Notes: a model not told the origin generated them from the sequence alone. A stretch of DNA of 64,000 bases from Atribacterota bacterium (GCA_028703475.1 JAQVMU010000001.1:44436-108435); one strand, 5' to 3'; shown: positions 1 to 9,696, counted from the stretch's first letter. A program made the numbers and translations.

Positions 1-222
1 CTGACTGTCACAATAAAATTCAACACTTTCTGCAGGTATATTTTTTATCTCTTCCAATCCTCTGATTACAGCCTGATATTCAGCAATGTTGTTTGTTCCC
101 CTGCCGATAATTTCATTTACTTTTTTAACAATATTTCCATCCTTATAGATTACAACACCAATAGCCATTTTTCCCGGATTGGGAATACATGAACCATCAA
201 CACGCAATAATAATTTAGACAT
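1..222 (-). CDS. rnhA: Ribonuclease HI (type 1 RNase H), 5' part only; the gene continues beyond the window start
   Basis: Manual translation of the minus strand from ATG at 220-222 gives MSKLLLRVDGSCIPNPGKMAIGVVIYKDGNIVKK...TNNIAEYQAVIRGLEEIK...FYCDSQ. The DGSC-NPG, TNN-E and DSQ catalytic motifs of RNase HI are present. A GAGGA Shine-Dalgarno lies upstream. Confidence 0.8.
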   Translation of the reverse strand, partial: MSKLLLRVDGSCIPNPGKMAIGVVIYKDGNIVKKVNEIIGRGTNNIAEYQAVIRGLEEIKNIPAESVEFYCDSQ

Positions 223-486
223 AATAATCCTCTACTTTTGTCATTTCTTTTAATATTTCTCTTGATTAGTTAAAATCACTGGTACAAAAAACCTGGTAAT
301 TATTCAGATAACTGTTAATCCGGGAACAAGTTTCAAACGGGAATCGGAATGGTTAAAGTCCCCAAAATATAATTTATCCTGAAATAATTAAGTATCATTT
401 TTATACTCTTACTCTTATATATTATCATATATTATCACTTTAATTACCAAATTTTGTCAGCAAATTACAACATATCCACGAAAGAT

Positions 487-514
487 TTGACATTTTTAAA
501 TATATAACTAAAAT
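487..514 (+). promoter_or_regulatory. Putative sigma-A type promoter (TTGACA, 16 nt spacer, TAAAAT) upstream of the unknown two-gene cassette
   Basis: TTGACA at 487-492 and TAAAAT at 509-514 read directly. It sits about 70 nt upstream of the ATG at 588. Confidence 0.3.
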
Positions 515-587
515 GTTGTAAGTGAGTATAACTTTATACAAAAAAACAATGATTTGTATAAAAATGTATTCCTAAAAAGAAGGGATA

Positions 588-1322
588 GTGAATATGGACA
601 AGAGAATACAGTATGCATTTGAAAACTCGAAAATATTAAAATGGCCGAAGCAGCTTTTGTCTTCCTTTGGTTCCTCAGAAATACACTATCATGTTTTGAC
701 AGAGCCTGTTTACCAGGAATTTACCAAAGGAGATACCGAAACTGTTGTCAGAGAGGGAACAGTCAGCTGGCATCGTCCGCAGCTCTTAACACCAGGGTAT
801 ATTCTTCGAATTGAGGGCTTTAGTGATGAAGCCAGAAATGCTTTTTCTGAATTAGCAGATGAAATGCCTGATTTAGCCAGCATTTTATATCGTTTCCATT
901 TCAAAAGAGAAGTAGACTCAATGAACTTTGTTTCAGGAAATTTAGAAACTGTTGCAGATAAGATTGCAAGGGGCATCGAAAAAAGAGGAGATAATCTATC
1001 TGCTATTATTCAAGGAGTAGGAGATTTATGGGATATTTCACTCTCTAAATTTATTCTTGACATGATGACTAAAAGTGCGCGACAATCTCATTTTCCGGAA
1101 CTAAGAAAAAGAGGGCTGGTATCTTATAATCAATTTGGCCAGCAGGTAGTATCAAGAGATAACCAGGGTATTCCGCTTATTGCTAAAAAAGAAATTGAGT
1201 CAATGTTCCAGATGGTAAAAAATGGTGATATGGAACCCAGGGATTTAAAAAAGGAATTAGATCGTTGGGGATTATTTGAATTATATCAGGATCGTTTTTT
1301 CGATTTGTTCAGAAGGAGGTAA
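588..1322 (+). CDS. Hypothetical protein of 244 aa with no recognisable family motif; first gene of a two-gene cassette
   Basis: Long ORF with plausible codon usage and a GGGATAG purine-rich stretch before the ATG. Its stop lies 2 nt before the GTG start of the next ORF. No signal peptide or TM segment is apparent. Confidence 0.55.
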   Translation: MNMDKRIQYAFENSKILKWPKQLLSSFGSSEIHYHVLTEPVYQEFTKGDTETVVREGTVSWHRPQLLTPGYILRIEGFSDEARNAFSELADEMPDLASILYRFHFKREVDSMNFVSGNLETVADKIARGIEKRGDNLSAIIQGVGDLWDISLSKFILDMMTKSARQSHFPELRKRGLVSYNQFGQQVVSRDNQGIPLIAKKEIESMFQMVKNGDMEPRDLKKELDRWGLFELYQDRFFDLFRRR

Positions 1323-1324
1323 GT

Positions 1325-1918
1325 GTGGCAAAGATCAAATCAGCATTAGAAATAGCCATGGAAAAATCAAAAAAAATTGAAAAATTAAGTTCTCAGGAAA
1401 TGAATGAGATAAGACAACAAGAAAAAATTGATAGAATTTTAGCGAAATATTACAAAGACGAAATTGAGGCAGATGATTTATGGCGTCATCTAAAAGATAT
1501 TTCCAATAAAATGTTAATTAATGCACAAAATAACTTTCTTCAATCATTAACATTTCAAAGCAATGAATTTGAGATTGAAAAAAGAAAAAACGGAATACTT
1601 GCAATTGAAAACCTGAAAAATGACAATTTAACTTCAGACATTGAATTCTCTTTTGAGCAACTGGCCAAAATACGTACTGAGTTCAAAAAAAACAAAGAGC
1701 AATTGATGCAAATACTTCGAGAAGAGTTAGAAAGAGATCCCCAAAGGAGATTTCAGACATTTCAACAGGATGGTCAGATTGTTGTAAAACAATTAAGTAT
1801 GGAAGAAGCCATGGAACAGGATGAGCAGTTGAAGAAAAATTTAAAACAACTGGAAATACAATTCAGCAAAAAGTATAATACCGTTAAAGAAAAAATAAGT
1901 AACATTATTAACAATTAG
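1325..1918 (+). CDS. Hypothetical coiled-coil protein of 197 aa, rich in E, K and Q; second gene of the cassette
   Basis: GTG start preceded by AGGAGG. Heptad-like charged composition throughout. Followed immediately by a strong terminator hairpin. Confidence 0.5.
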   Translation: MAKIKSALEIAMEKSKKIEKLSSQEMNEIRQQEKIDRILAKYYKDEIEADDLWRHLKDISNKMLINAQNNFLQSLTFQSNEFEIEKRKNGILAIENLKNDNLTSDIEFSFEQLAKIRTEFKKNKEQLMQILREELERDPQRRFQTFQQDGQIVVKQLSMEEAMEQDEQLKKNLKQLEIQFSKKYNTVKEKISNIINN

Positions 1919-1935
1919 CTTAGCAGTCTATATAC

Positions 1936-1975
1936 AAAAACCGGTCTTTTTATCAGAAAGACCGGTTTTTTTCCA
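1936..1975. terminator. Bidirectional rho-independent terminator between convergent genes
   Basis: aaaaaccggtcttt / loop / aaagaccggttttttt forms a perfect 14-bp stem with A-run and T-run flanks. It can terminate both the plus-strand cassette and the minus-strand DUF4139 gene. Confidence 0.7.
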
Positions 1976-2022
1976 TTTATCCAATAAGGCATATCTTTTA
2001 TTATGTATCAAAAATGTTTATT

Positions 2023-3684
2023 TTATGGCAAATCTATTACCTGTAAATCTCTCGGATGTATAACAGTGTACCCAATATTGATTTCAATCTTCTCCTTTGG
2101 CTGTAATAAAACTTCCCACATCCATACTCCTTTTTTATCATTCCAATCCTTTATATCAGGCTCCAGACTGATATCTTCAATATTTACCTGAATTCTATCA
2201 TCCGCCGGAATAGGGATATTTTCAAAAATCTGGCATAGCGATTCCGAATCCTGATAATTTTCTAATACTATTTTGTATTCATACTTAGTGGCAATTTTAG
2301 AGGAAGGTATACTGGCAATTAAGGTTTCATCTACGTATTTTCTAATTAGCTTTCTCTGTATCCGAACATTTTCCGCAATTCCTAATGAAACTTCAAAGTC
2401 TTCTCCCGTGGGAATATAATCTATTGAGCTGTTACCTATATAACCTCCTTCTAAAAATAGGTTAGCTTCACCGGGTAGTAAGGGAATATCCATGTTATTT
2501 TTTAAAGATACATTATAATAAACAAAAGGGCTTTCCTTTGGATATGCCTTATACTGAAAATTTCCTGTTAATTCTTCTTCAGAGATTAACAACTTTTCCT
2601 GTCTGTTACCTGATAAAACAGAAATTTTGTGAGGAATATTATAAGTAACACTTGTACCTTTATGCTCTACGGGTACAATATTTTTTTCATACATACTGTC
2701 TCCTGAAACTGCTTCTAAGGCATATTCCTCCATTATAGGAGTCTGTACCATCTTACTGTCTCTTTGCTCTAACTGGAATGGTTTTAAAAACCACGGTTCA
2801 ACGGTAGGCATAATACCTGATACAGTTGGCCTTGCAGTAGATAAAGAAATATAAACATCCTCCCAGTTTGTTCCAGTAGACTGATTTATTAAGGCATATG
2901 TAAAGATAGTGATGCTGTTTTCATTGATATTTGCCCTGATATCATAAGCGGGTCGCCAGCTGATTTCATTATCTACCAGATATGATATTAAAATATGTGG
3001 ATTGCTTTTTTTATAGACATCTAACTCAATAGTTACTATTACTTTGGTATCAATTTGTCTATCTATTATTTGCTGTAATTGTTTTTCCAGGAAAACAATC
3101 TTTTCCTGAAGTGATTCTATTTCCAAGTCATAATTCAGTTCTTCTTCATAGTTTGATTTTAATTTTTCATCTAAAAAATCATAGATTCTTTCAAACTGCT
3201 CCACTGCTGGCATCTGAATAATGTAATCAGAAGATATATCCTGGTTTTGAAAATAATATATAATTGAATCTAAAAATCCTTTTTTGTCTTTTAGAGTATC
3301 TTTTTTACTGATTAGCAGTCTTATCTCTTTTTCCAGCTGCACAATCTCTTCCTTTAACTGCCTGATTTCTATAGAAGGCTCTACTTCTAATAAAACTTTT
3401 TCAATACTTACATTTCTTATACTGATTGCATCTTCACTGATTCCTTTTAATTCCGCATTGATTGTTCTCTCATCAAATGTTTCTAAAATATTATCAAATA
3501 CAATTTTGTGAAAGCCCTCACCCAGTTCAACTTCTGTTTCTCTGATTATCATTCCGGTATTGGGATAAATATTTATTCGGGTTGGCTGTGAATCTATTAT
3601 CACTTCCTGTGTCATCGAAAGTGCCACTCCGGAAAATATAAACATAACAAAAAAAACAGCTATTATTTTTTTAATCATCCTCAT
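2023..3684 (-). CDS. DUF4139/DUF4140-like predicted-secreted protein (mucoidy-inhibitor MuiA-like family) with N-terminal signal peptide and central coiled coil
   Basis: N-terminus MRMIKKIIAVFFVMFIFSGVALSM is signal-like. The central block is rich in coiled-coil-forming residues. The C-terminal region resembles DUF4139 proteins. Family assignment is from memory, not a search. Confidence 0.5.
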   Translation of the reverse strand: MRMIKKIIAVFFVMFIFSGVALSMTQEVIIDSQPTRINIYPNTGMIIRETEVELGEGFHKIVFDNILETFDERTINAELKGISEDAISIRNVSIEKVLLEVEPSIEIRQLKEEIVQLEKEIRLLISKKDTLKDKKGFLDSIIYYFQNQDISSDYIIQMPAVEQFERIYDFLDEKLKSNYEEELNYDLEIESLQEKIVFLEKQLQQIIDRQIDTKVIVTIELDVYKKSNPHILISYLVDNEISWRPAYDIRANINENSITIFTYALINQSTGTNWEDVYISLSTARPTVSGIMPTVEPWFLKPFQLEQRDSKMVQTPIMEEYALEAVSGDSMYEKNIVPVEHKGTSVTYNIPHKISVLSGNRQEKLLISEEELTGNFQYKAYPKESPFVYYNVSLKNNMDIPLLPGEANLFLEGGYIGNSSIDYIPTGEDFEVSLGIAENVRIQRKLIRKYVDETLIASIPSSKIATKYEYKIVLENYQDSESLCQIFENIPIPADDRIQVNIEDISLEPDIKDWNDKKGVWMWEVLLQPKEKIEINIGYTVIHPRDLQVIDLP

Positions 3685-3760
3685 ACCTACCCGTATTTCT
3701 GAAGTTTTTTTTAGAACTAAAAATATATTTTATTTCCTATTATTATCAATATTATTAGTA

Positions 3761-4612
3761 TTAATATTGTAAGACAACCCCTGAACCAATCTCTTCTAAT
3801 GGAGAAACCTGTGATAAGGCAATCTTTGATTTTAAGTCAACACAATGACAGGCATGTAACTTTTTAGGATTAATCCTTTTAAAATATTCAATTGTATTTT
3901 TTAATTGTTCTTTTGGTGAATTCAGTAGATGAAATCCGCCAATAATGTCATATATTCTGTCTTCCTTACACACCGATATTGCATAATCTATAATATTGCA
4001 AATACCAGCATGTGAGCAACCGGTGACAATTATTAATCCTTCCGGGGAATTAATAGCTATGGCAGAATCGTCAAAATTAAAATCATCAACTTCCCTTTCT
4101 TCTATACAGGTTTTACCAATCGGAGTTTTCGCCTCAAACTCATATTTCCTGGGAATCTCTCCCAGAAAAACTACATTGGGAGTTAACCATAGTGGTTTTA
4201 TAGAAGTCTTCGTCGGAAAAAATCGTTCCAGGGAATTTCTATCCAGCATGGAACCGATAGCTCCGATTTCAGGAATTTTTTTAGATGAAAAAGCATCAGG
4301 GTGTGAAATGACTGTTGGCTTATGATAAGACAATCCCTCTATTGCAGCTTCGCTTATCAATCTAATCAGATATGGTAAACCCCATGTGTGGTCCATATGT
4401 CCATGAGAAATAACAAGATAATCAAGACTCAATAAATCTATTTTCATTTTTTGAGCATTTATTAAAAAAGCATCTGAATACCCGGTATCAAATAAGATAT
4501 TCTTATTGTCAGTTTCTATATATATGGAAAGTCCCGGCTCAGCCAGAAAGTATCTGTCAATAATACTGTTGTTATCTATCAGGATTGTTATCTTTATCTC
4601 TTTATCCCCCAA
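3761..4612 (-). CDS. MBL-fold metallo-hydrolase
   Basis: HGHMDH metal-binding motif (VISHGHMDHTWG). Length and N-terminal region are typical of stand-alone MBL hydrolases. The gene starts 3 nt after the upstream ORF stop, suggesting co-transcription. Confidence 0.7.
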   Translation of the reverse strand: MGDKEIKITILIDNNSIIDRYFLAEPGLSIYIETDNKNILFDTGYSDAFLINAQKMKIDLLSLDYLVISHGHMDHTWGLPYLIRLISEAAIEGLSYHKPTVISHPDAFSSKKIPEIGAIGSMLDRNSLERFFPTKTSIKPLWLTPNVVFLGEIPRKYEFEAKTPIGKTCIEEREVDDFNFDDSAIAINSPEGLIIVTGCSHAGICNIIDYAISVCKEDRIYDIIGGFHLLNSPKEQLKNTIEYFKRINPKKLHACHCVDLKSKIALSQVSPLEEIGSGVVLQY

Positions 4613-4615
4613 CTC

Positions 4616-5140
4616 CTAAATCTCGCCTCTAACCTTAAAGAAGATAATGGCAAAATCCTCTATCATTCTATTTATATGATTTCTGGCTATCTGTTTTATA
4701 TCCTTTTCATCACAAATCCCAAGCACCTCATCAGTCCACATTTCGTACTTTTCGTAATTACCTGCCTTGCACTCAATAAGGTAGGCTATGGGTGAGTTCT
4801 CTCCTGCTATCCATACTCTAAACCAGATACTCCCTGCTCTTTTTGCTTTTTCCTCTTCCTGAAATATAGATGTTTCTTCTGCAGTTATTTCCTGATACTC
4901 AATACCGCTAAAATTATTCTTATATCTGAGTTTTGCATAATCCGTCAGCTCTTCGCTGCTCAATCCGATTCTTGGTGCCCGTTCTCCCTGTACTTTAACA
5001 TAAATATAACCAAAGGTTTCTATTTGTGCTAAATCGCCATATAGTATATCAGTAATATTTCTTTGAGCAGCAGCGTTTATACCGGCTAATAAGAAAGCTA
5101 CCATCAGGATGGAAATAACAATAACTATATTCCTGAACAT
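4616..5140 (-). CDS. Hypothetical predicted-secreted or membrane-anchored protein of 174 aa
   Basis: Hydrophobic N-terminus MFRNIVIVISILMVAFLLAGINAAAQ resembles a signal peptide. No recognisable domain. Confidence 0.45.
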   Translation of the reverse strand: MFRNIVIVISILMVAFLLAGINAAAQRNITDILYGDLAQIETFGYIYVKVQGERAPRIGLSSEELTDYAKLRYKNNFSGIEYQEITAEETSIFQEEEKAKRAGSIWFRVWIAGENSPIAYLIECKAGNYEKYEMWTDEVLGICDEKDIKQIARNHINRMIEDFAIIFFKVRGEI

Positions 5141-5260
5141 ATTTAATCACCTCTATATACAATTGTAACCAATTTGCTACAAAACAAATCATTTTTATGA
5201 TATTTTAGATCAAGGATTTAAAATGTTATTTTTAAATCTATACTTTTTTAATCATTCTGA

Positions 5261-6439
5261 CTATTTCAATTTATTGTGATTATCGGCAATTTGTTCTGCC
5301 AGCTTATCAAGTTTTGCTAAATCTTCCTTTCTGGGGTAACTTTTTACCATTACTGTTGGCAATAATTCAACTTTTAAATTACTTATTAATTGAAGAATAT
5401 TTTCCTCCATTTTACTGCCCCATCCATAAGAACCTATAATCCCTGCATATTTTGTCTTGGGTTTTAAAGCATTACAGAGGTAGGCAGCATATACAATTTG
5501 CGGATGAGGACCTGTTAGCACTGTCGGGGAAGCTATAATGACTGTTGCCGCATCTACTAAATCCATTGCCAGGTCACCAATATCAGTATAAATAAGGTTA
5601 TATGGGGTTACATTGATGTCTCTTTTTATAAGTTGATCTACCAGGTATGAAACCATCATCTCTGTACTGCCATGCATAGAAACATAAGGAATTATCACCT
5701 TATTTTTCACCTTCTCAGATACCCAATCACGATAAGCGTTTAGAATGAAATCAGGGTCTTTGTAAACCGGACCATGTGATGGAGCAATAATTTTAATGGA
5801 AACATTATCTAATTTTTTCAAGTGTCCTTTAATCTGTTTCCTGAAAGGCATCATAATTTCTGCATAATAGCGTTTGGCAGCACGATAAAAATATGCATCA
5901 TCCCTGGCCCATAATTCACTTGTAGCCATATGGGAGCCAAAAAAATCACAGGTGAATAATATTTTTTCGTTAATCAGGTAGGTTAAAAAAGTTTCCGGCC
6001 AATGTACCCATGGTGCAAATATAAATTTAAACTTCATCTCACCAAATTGAAATATTTCCCCATCCTTAATCTCATAAAAATCTTTTTCTTCCAGGTGTAA
6101 TTCATCGATTAATAATCCCTTACATTTTTTATTTGTGATAACACGACAACCTGGGTACTCTATTAATACATCTTTTATGCATCCGGAATGGTCCTGTTCA
6201 GCATGGTGTGCAATAATATAACTGATTTTCTTGATTTTTATTTCTTTTAATTTTTGAAAGAACTCTTCCTTCTTTGCAGGATCAACAGTATCAATAAGAA
6301 TTGCTTCATCTTTGTTTTTTACTAAATAGGAATTATAGCTGGTCCCATCAGGTAAGGGTATTAATTCATCAAAAAGTCTTCGATCCCAGTCTATGGAACC
6401 AATACAGTAAATATTGCTATCAAGTTGTCTGAATGCCAA
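5261..6439 (-). CDS. fprA: Flavodiiron protein (FprA-type O2/NO reductase; MBL-like diiron domain plus flavodoxin domain)
   Basis: H-x-E-x-D-H diiron motif (HHAEQDHSG). About 400 aa architecture with a C-terminal flavodoxin-like region. The start is TTG at 6437-6439, because the ORF track shows alternative starts as M. GGAGGAG lies 7 nt upstream. Confidence 0.75.
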   Translation of the reverse strand: MAFRQLDSNIYCIGSIDWDRRLFDELIPLPDGTSYNSYLVKNKDEAILIDTVDPAKKEEFFQKLKEIKIKKISYIIAHHAEQDHSGCIKDVLIEYPGCRVITNKKCKGLLIDELHLEEKDFYEIKDGEIFQFGEMKFKFIFAPWVHWPETFLTYLINEKILFTCDFFGSHMATSELWARDDAYFYRAAKRYYAEIMMPFRKQIKGHLKKLDNVSIKIIAPSHGPVYKDPDFILNAYRDWVSEKVKNKVIIPYVSMHGSTEMMVSYLVDQLIKRDINVTPYNLIYTDIGDLAMDLVDAATVIIASPTVLTGPHPQIVYAAYLCNALKPKTKYAGIIGSYGWGSKMEENILQLISNLKVELLPTVMVKSYPRKEDLAKLDKLAEQIADNHNKLK

Positions 6440-6441
6440 TA

Positions 6442-6603
6442 TTACTCCTCCTTTTCAAATTCGTCTTTGCCTGCTCCGCATAGGGGGCATACCCAATCAT
6501 CAGGCAAATCATCAAAAGAAGTTCCGGGCTCAATTTCTGATTCCGGGTCCCCTTTCTCCGGGTCGTAGATATAACCGCAAACTGTGCATTTATATTTATC
6601 CAT
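6442..6603 (-). CDS. rub: Rubredoxin, 53 aa; absent from the ORF track, probably because it is under 60 aa
   Basis: Manual minus-strand translation gives [53 protein letters not shown]. The two CxxCG knuckles (CTVCG, CPLCG) are present. The stop lies 2 nt upstream of the flavodiiron TTG start. Confidence 0.85.
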   Translation of the reverse strand: MDKYKCTVCGYIYDPEKGDPESEIEPGTSFDDLPDDWVCPLCGAGKDEFEKEE

Positions 6604-6663
6604 TATTTTTCCCCTTTCATTTTTATATTTATATTATATTGTTTTTATTATAATTAATACAAG

Positions 6664-8148
6664 CTAATTTGACAATTTATTCACTTTTTCTTTTAATAAA
6701 TCAAGCACCAAATCCGGTTGTGCCCTTCCTTTTGTGTATCGCATAACCTGTCCTACTAAATAATTTAATGCTTTTTCCTTACCAGAATGGTAATCCTGTA
6801 CTGACTGGTAATTTTGGCTGATAACTTTTTCTATTACAGTATCAATTTCACTCTTATCGCTAATTTGGGTTAAACCGCTTTCCTGTACCAACTCTTCAGC
6901 TCGCTGTCCTGTTTTATACATTTTTTCAAAAATTGTTTTAGCAATCTTTCCACTGATAATATTTCTGTCAATCAAAACCAATAATTCTGTTAATCTTTCA
7001 GCTGAAACCGGGCTTGAACTAATATCGATACTGTCTTCGCTCAGATATCCCAGCAGCTCACTTAGAATCCAGTTAGTCAGCTTTTCATAATTTTTATAAT
7101 GTCCTACCGCTTCCTCAAAGTAATCACCTAATGATTTTACCTCCACCAATCTGTCTGCATTATACTCGGAAAGGCCAAAATCTTTCACAAATCTTTTTTT
7201 TCTATCTGCAGGCAATTCAGGCAAGTTATCTTCTATCTCCTTAATCCAGGAACTTTCAATTGTTAGAGGCAATAAATCAGGTTCGGGAAAATATCGATAA
7301 TCATGTGCTTCTTCCTTGGTTCTCATGCTAATAGTTTTATTGTTTGCCTCATCCCATCTTCTCGTTTCCTGTAATATTTTTTCACCATCTTCAATCATCT
7401 TTCTCTGTCGAATTATTTCATAATCCAGAGCCTTCTTGATTGCCCGGAATGAATTCATATTTTTAACTTCAGTCTTGGTACCTAATTGATGGGTTTTTGA
7501 ATCCCTTATAGAAATATTTGCATCACATCTCATAGACCCTCTTTCCAGATTGCCATCACAGACACCAAGATACTGAACAATGCTCCTGAGATTTTGTAAA
7601 AATATTATAGCTTCATCGGAAGAATGTATATCCGGTTCAGTAACTATTTCCAGCAATGGAATACATGAACGATTATAATCTACTAAAGAACCGGTTATCC
7701 TGCCATTCTCTTCAATATGTACTAATTTACCGGCATCTTCTTCCATGTGGGCTCGATTTATTCTTATTCTGACCTTTTCATTTTGATTACCGGTCAGAAT
7801 TTCCAGATACCCTTCCCCTGCTAAGGGTAAATCATATTGTGATATCTGATAGGCCTTTGGTAAATCCGGGTAAAAATAATTTTTTCGATGAAAAATATTT
7901 GTTGTATTTATATGGCAATTTAAAGCAATTGCCGTTCTAACAGCTAATTCCACTGCTTTTTTATTTAAGACCGGCAGGCATCCGGGCAATCCTAAACAAA
8001 CCGGACATGTGTTAGTATTGGGTTCCCGGTCTATATAATCTGTGCTGCAATGGCAAAATAGTTTTGTTTGCGTTAACAATTGAACATGGATTTCTAAACC
8101 AATTACAATATCATCTTGCATTATAATTCTCCAATCCTTTAAATTCAC
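6664..8148 (-). CDS. gatB: Asp-tRNA(Asn)/Glu-tRNA(Gln) amidotransferase subunit B
   Basis: N-terminal VIGLEIHVQL motif, overall length, and position after gatA and gatC. The true start is probably the internal Met (MQDDIVIG). Confidence 0.9.
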   Translation of the reverse strand: MNLKDWRIIMQDDIVIGLEIHVQLLTQTKLFCHCSTDYIDREPNTNTCPVCLGLPGCLPVLNKKAVELAVRTAIALNCHINTTNIFHRKNYFYPDLPKAYQISQYDLPLAGEGYLEILTGNQNEKVRIRINRAHMEEDAGKLVHIEENGRITGSLVDYNRSCIPLLEIVTEPDIHSSDEAIIFLQNLRSIVQYLGVCDGNLERGSMRCDANISIRDSKTHQLGTKTEVKNMNSFRAIKKALDYEIIRQRKMIEDGEKILQETRRWDEANNKTISMRTKEEAHDYRYFPEPDLLPLTIESSWIKEIEDNLPELPADRKKRFVKDFGLSEYNADRLVEVKSLGDYFEEAVGHYKNYEKLTNWILSELLGYLSEDSIDISSSPVSAERLTELLVLIDRNIISGKIAKTIFEKMYKTGQRAEELVQESGLTQISDKSEIDTVIEKVISQNYQSVQDYHSGKEKALNYLVGQVMRYTKGRAQPDLVLDLLKEKVNKLSN

Positions 8149-8217
8149 ATTCTTCTTATTATTTCCTTTATTTTATGGAATATACAATTTTTACTGACAT
8201 AATTCTATGTTTACCGG

Positions 8218-9696
8218 TTAGCCTACTGGAGGTTTTGGTCTTTTAATCTTTAGTGTCTGATTATAATGTCTTTCAAGATTATAGCCAACACGTAATATAT
8301 TTTCTTCCTCAAATGCCCTGCTGATAATCTGTAATCCAATAGGTAAATTATCCTCATTAGTAAATCCACAATTCAGGGACATACCGGGCAGTCCTGCCAG
8401 GTTCACCGGCATTGTATAAGTATCAGTTAAATACATAGTCAGTGGATCATCTATTTTTTCGCCTATTTTAAAAGCAGGAACAGGAGAGGCAGGACAAAGT
8501 ATAATGTCAATATTTTTAAAGACTTTATCAAAATCTTCTTTGATTACAGTTCTGACCTTTTGTGCTTTTAAATAATAGGCATCGTAATAACCTGAACTTA
8601 AAGCATAGGTGCCAAGCATTATTCGGCGAATTACTTCCGGTCCAAATCCGGAACTTCTCGTTTTTCTGTACATATCCTCAAGGTCATCATTATCATCTAT
8701 TCTCAAGCCATATTGCACTCCGTCAAATTTAGCTAAATTCGAACTTGCCTCTGCCATCCCTATCAAGTAATAAGCAGGCAGTGCGTACTCTATACTCGGT
8801 AAGGATATTTCTTCTACTTTTCCACCTAATTTTGATATATGATCAATTGCTTTTAGTACAGCATCCTTTACCTCAGGATTTAAGCCTTCTTTAAAATACT
8901 CTCCGGGGACACCAAATCTTAAATCTGAAATATCATCACGGCATGCACTAAGAAAATCCGGTACAGGTACTTTAGCTGATGTGGAATCCATTTCATCATA
9001 GCCACATATTATATTCATCATTAAAGCAGCATCCTGAACACTTTTAGTTAAAACACCTACCTGGTCTAAAGAGGAGGCATAGGCAATAACACCATAACGG
9101 GATACCCGTCCATAAGTAGGTTTAAGACCAACCACCCCACAAAATGAAGCAGGCAATCTAACGGAACCCCCGGTATCTGTTCCCAAAGCCACCAGTGCTT
9201 CGTCTGCTGCTACGGCTACTGCCGAACCACCACTGGACCCTCCGGGAACACGGGTAATATCCCAGGGGTTTGTAGTTACCTGATATGCAGAATTTTCATT
9301 AGATGAACCCATACCAAATTCATCCATATTTGTTTTGCCTAATATAATCGCACCAGCATCTTTTATTTTTCTGATAACCGTGGCATTAAAAGGAGGGATA
9401 AAACCCTGTAAAATCCTGGATGCACAGTTAGTTTCTATACCTTCTGTACAAATAATATCTTTTACAGCCACCGGAAGCCCTGCAAGAGGAGGAATCTTTT
9501 CACCATTGCTTATTTTTCTATCTATTACCCTTGCCTCCTGTAATGCTTCATCCCGATTTGTCCTCAGGTAGGCCTTAAATATTTTATCAGTCTTATCAAT
9601 TTGACTAAATATATCCAATATAACCTGTTCAACTGATAATTCCTTTTCATGGACCATTCTTATATAATCAATTCCCTTTAGCTCATTCAATTGCAA
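8218..9696 (-). CDS. gatA: Glutamyl-tRNA(Gln) amidotransferase subunit A (amidase signature family)
   Basis: Amidase signature GGSSGGSAVAVAA...GTDTGGSVRLPASFCG. Confidence 0.9.
   Translation of the reverse strand: MQLNELKGIDYIRMVHEKELSVEQVILDIFSQIDKTDKIFKAYLRTNRDEALQEARVIDRKISNGEKIPPLAGLPVAVKDIICTEGIETNCASRILQGFIPPFNATVIRKIKDAGAIILGKTNMDEFGMGSSNENSAYQVTTNPWDITRVPGGSSGGSAVAVAADEALVALGTDTGGSVRLPASFCGVVGLKPTYGRVSRYGVIAYASSLDQVGVLTKSVQDAALMMNIICGYDEMDSTSAKVPVPDFLSACRDDISDLRFGVPGEYFKEGLNPEVKDAVLKAIDHISKLGGKVEEISLPSIEYALPAYYLIGMAEASSNLAKFDGVQYGLRIDDNDDLEDMYRKTRSSGFGPEVIRRIMLGTYALSSGYYDAYYLKAQKVRTVIKEDFDKVFKNIDIILCPASPVPAFKIGEKIDDPLTMYLTDTYTMPVNLAGLPGMSLNCGFTNEDNLPIGLQIISRAFEEENILRVGYNLERHYNQTLKIKRPKPPVG

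Noticed and set aside
6414-6653. 79-aa plus-strand ORF
   Set aside because: It is antisense to the rubredoxin gene, which has unmistakable CxxCG motifs.
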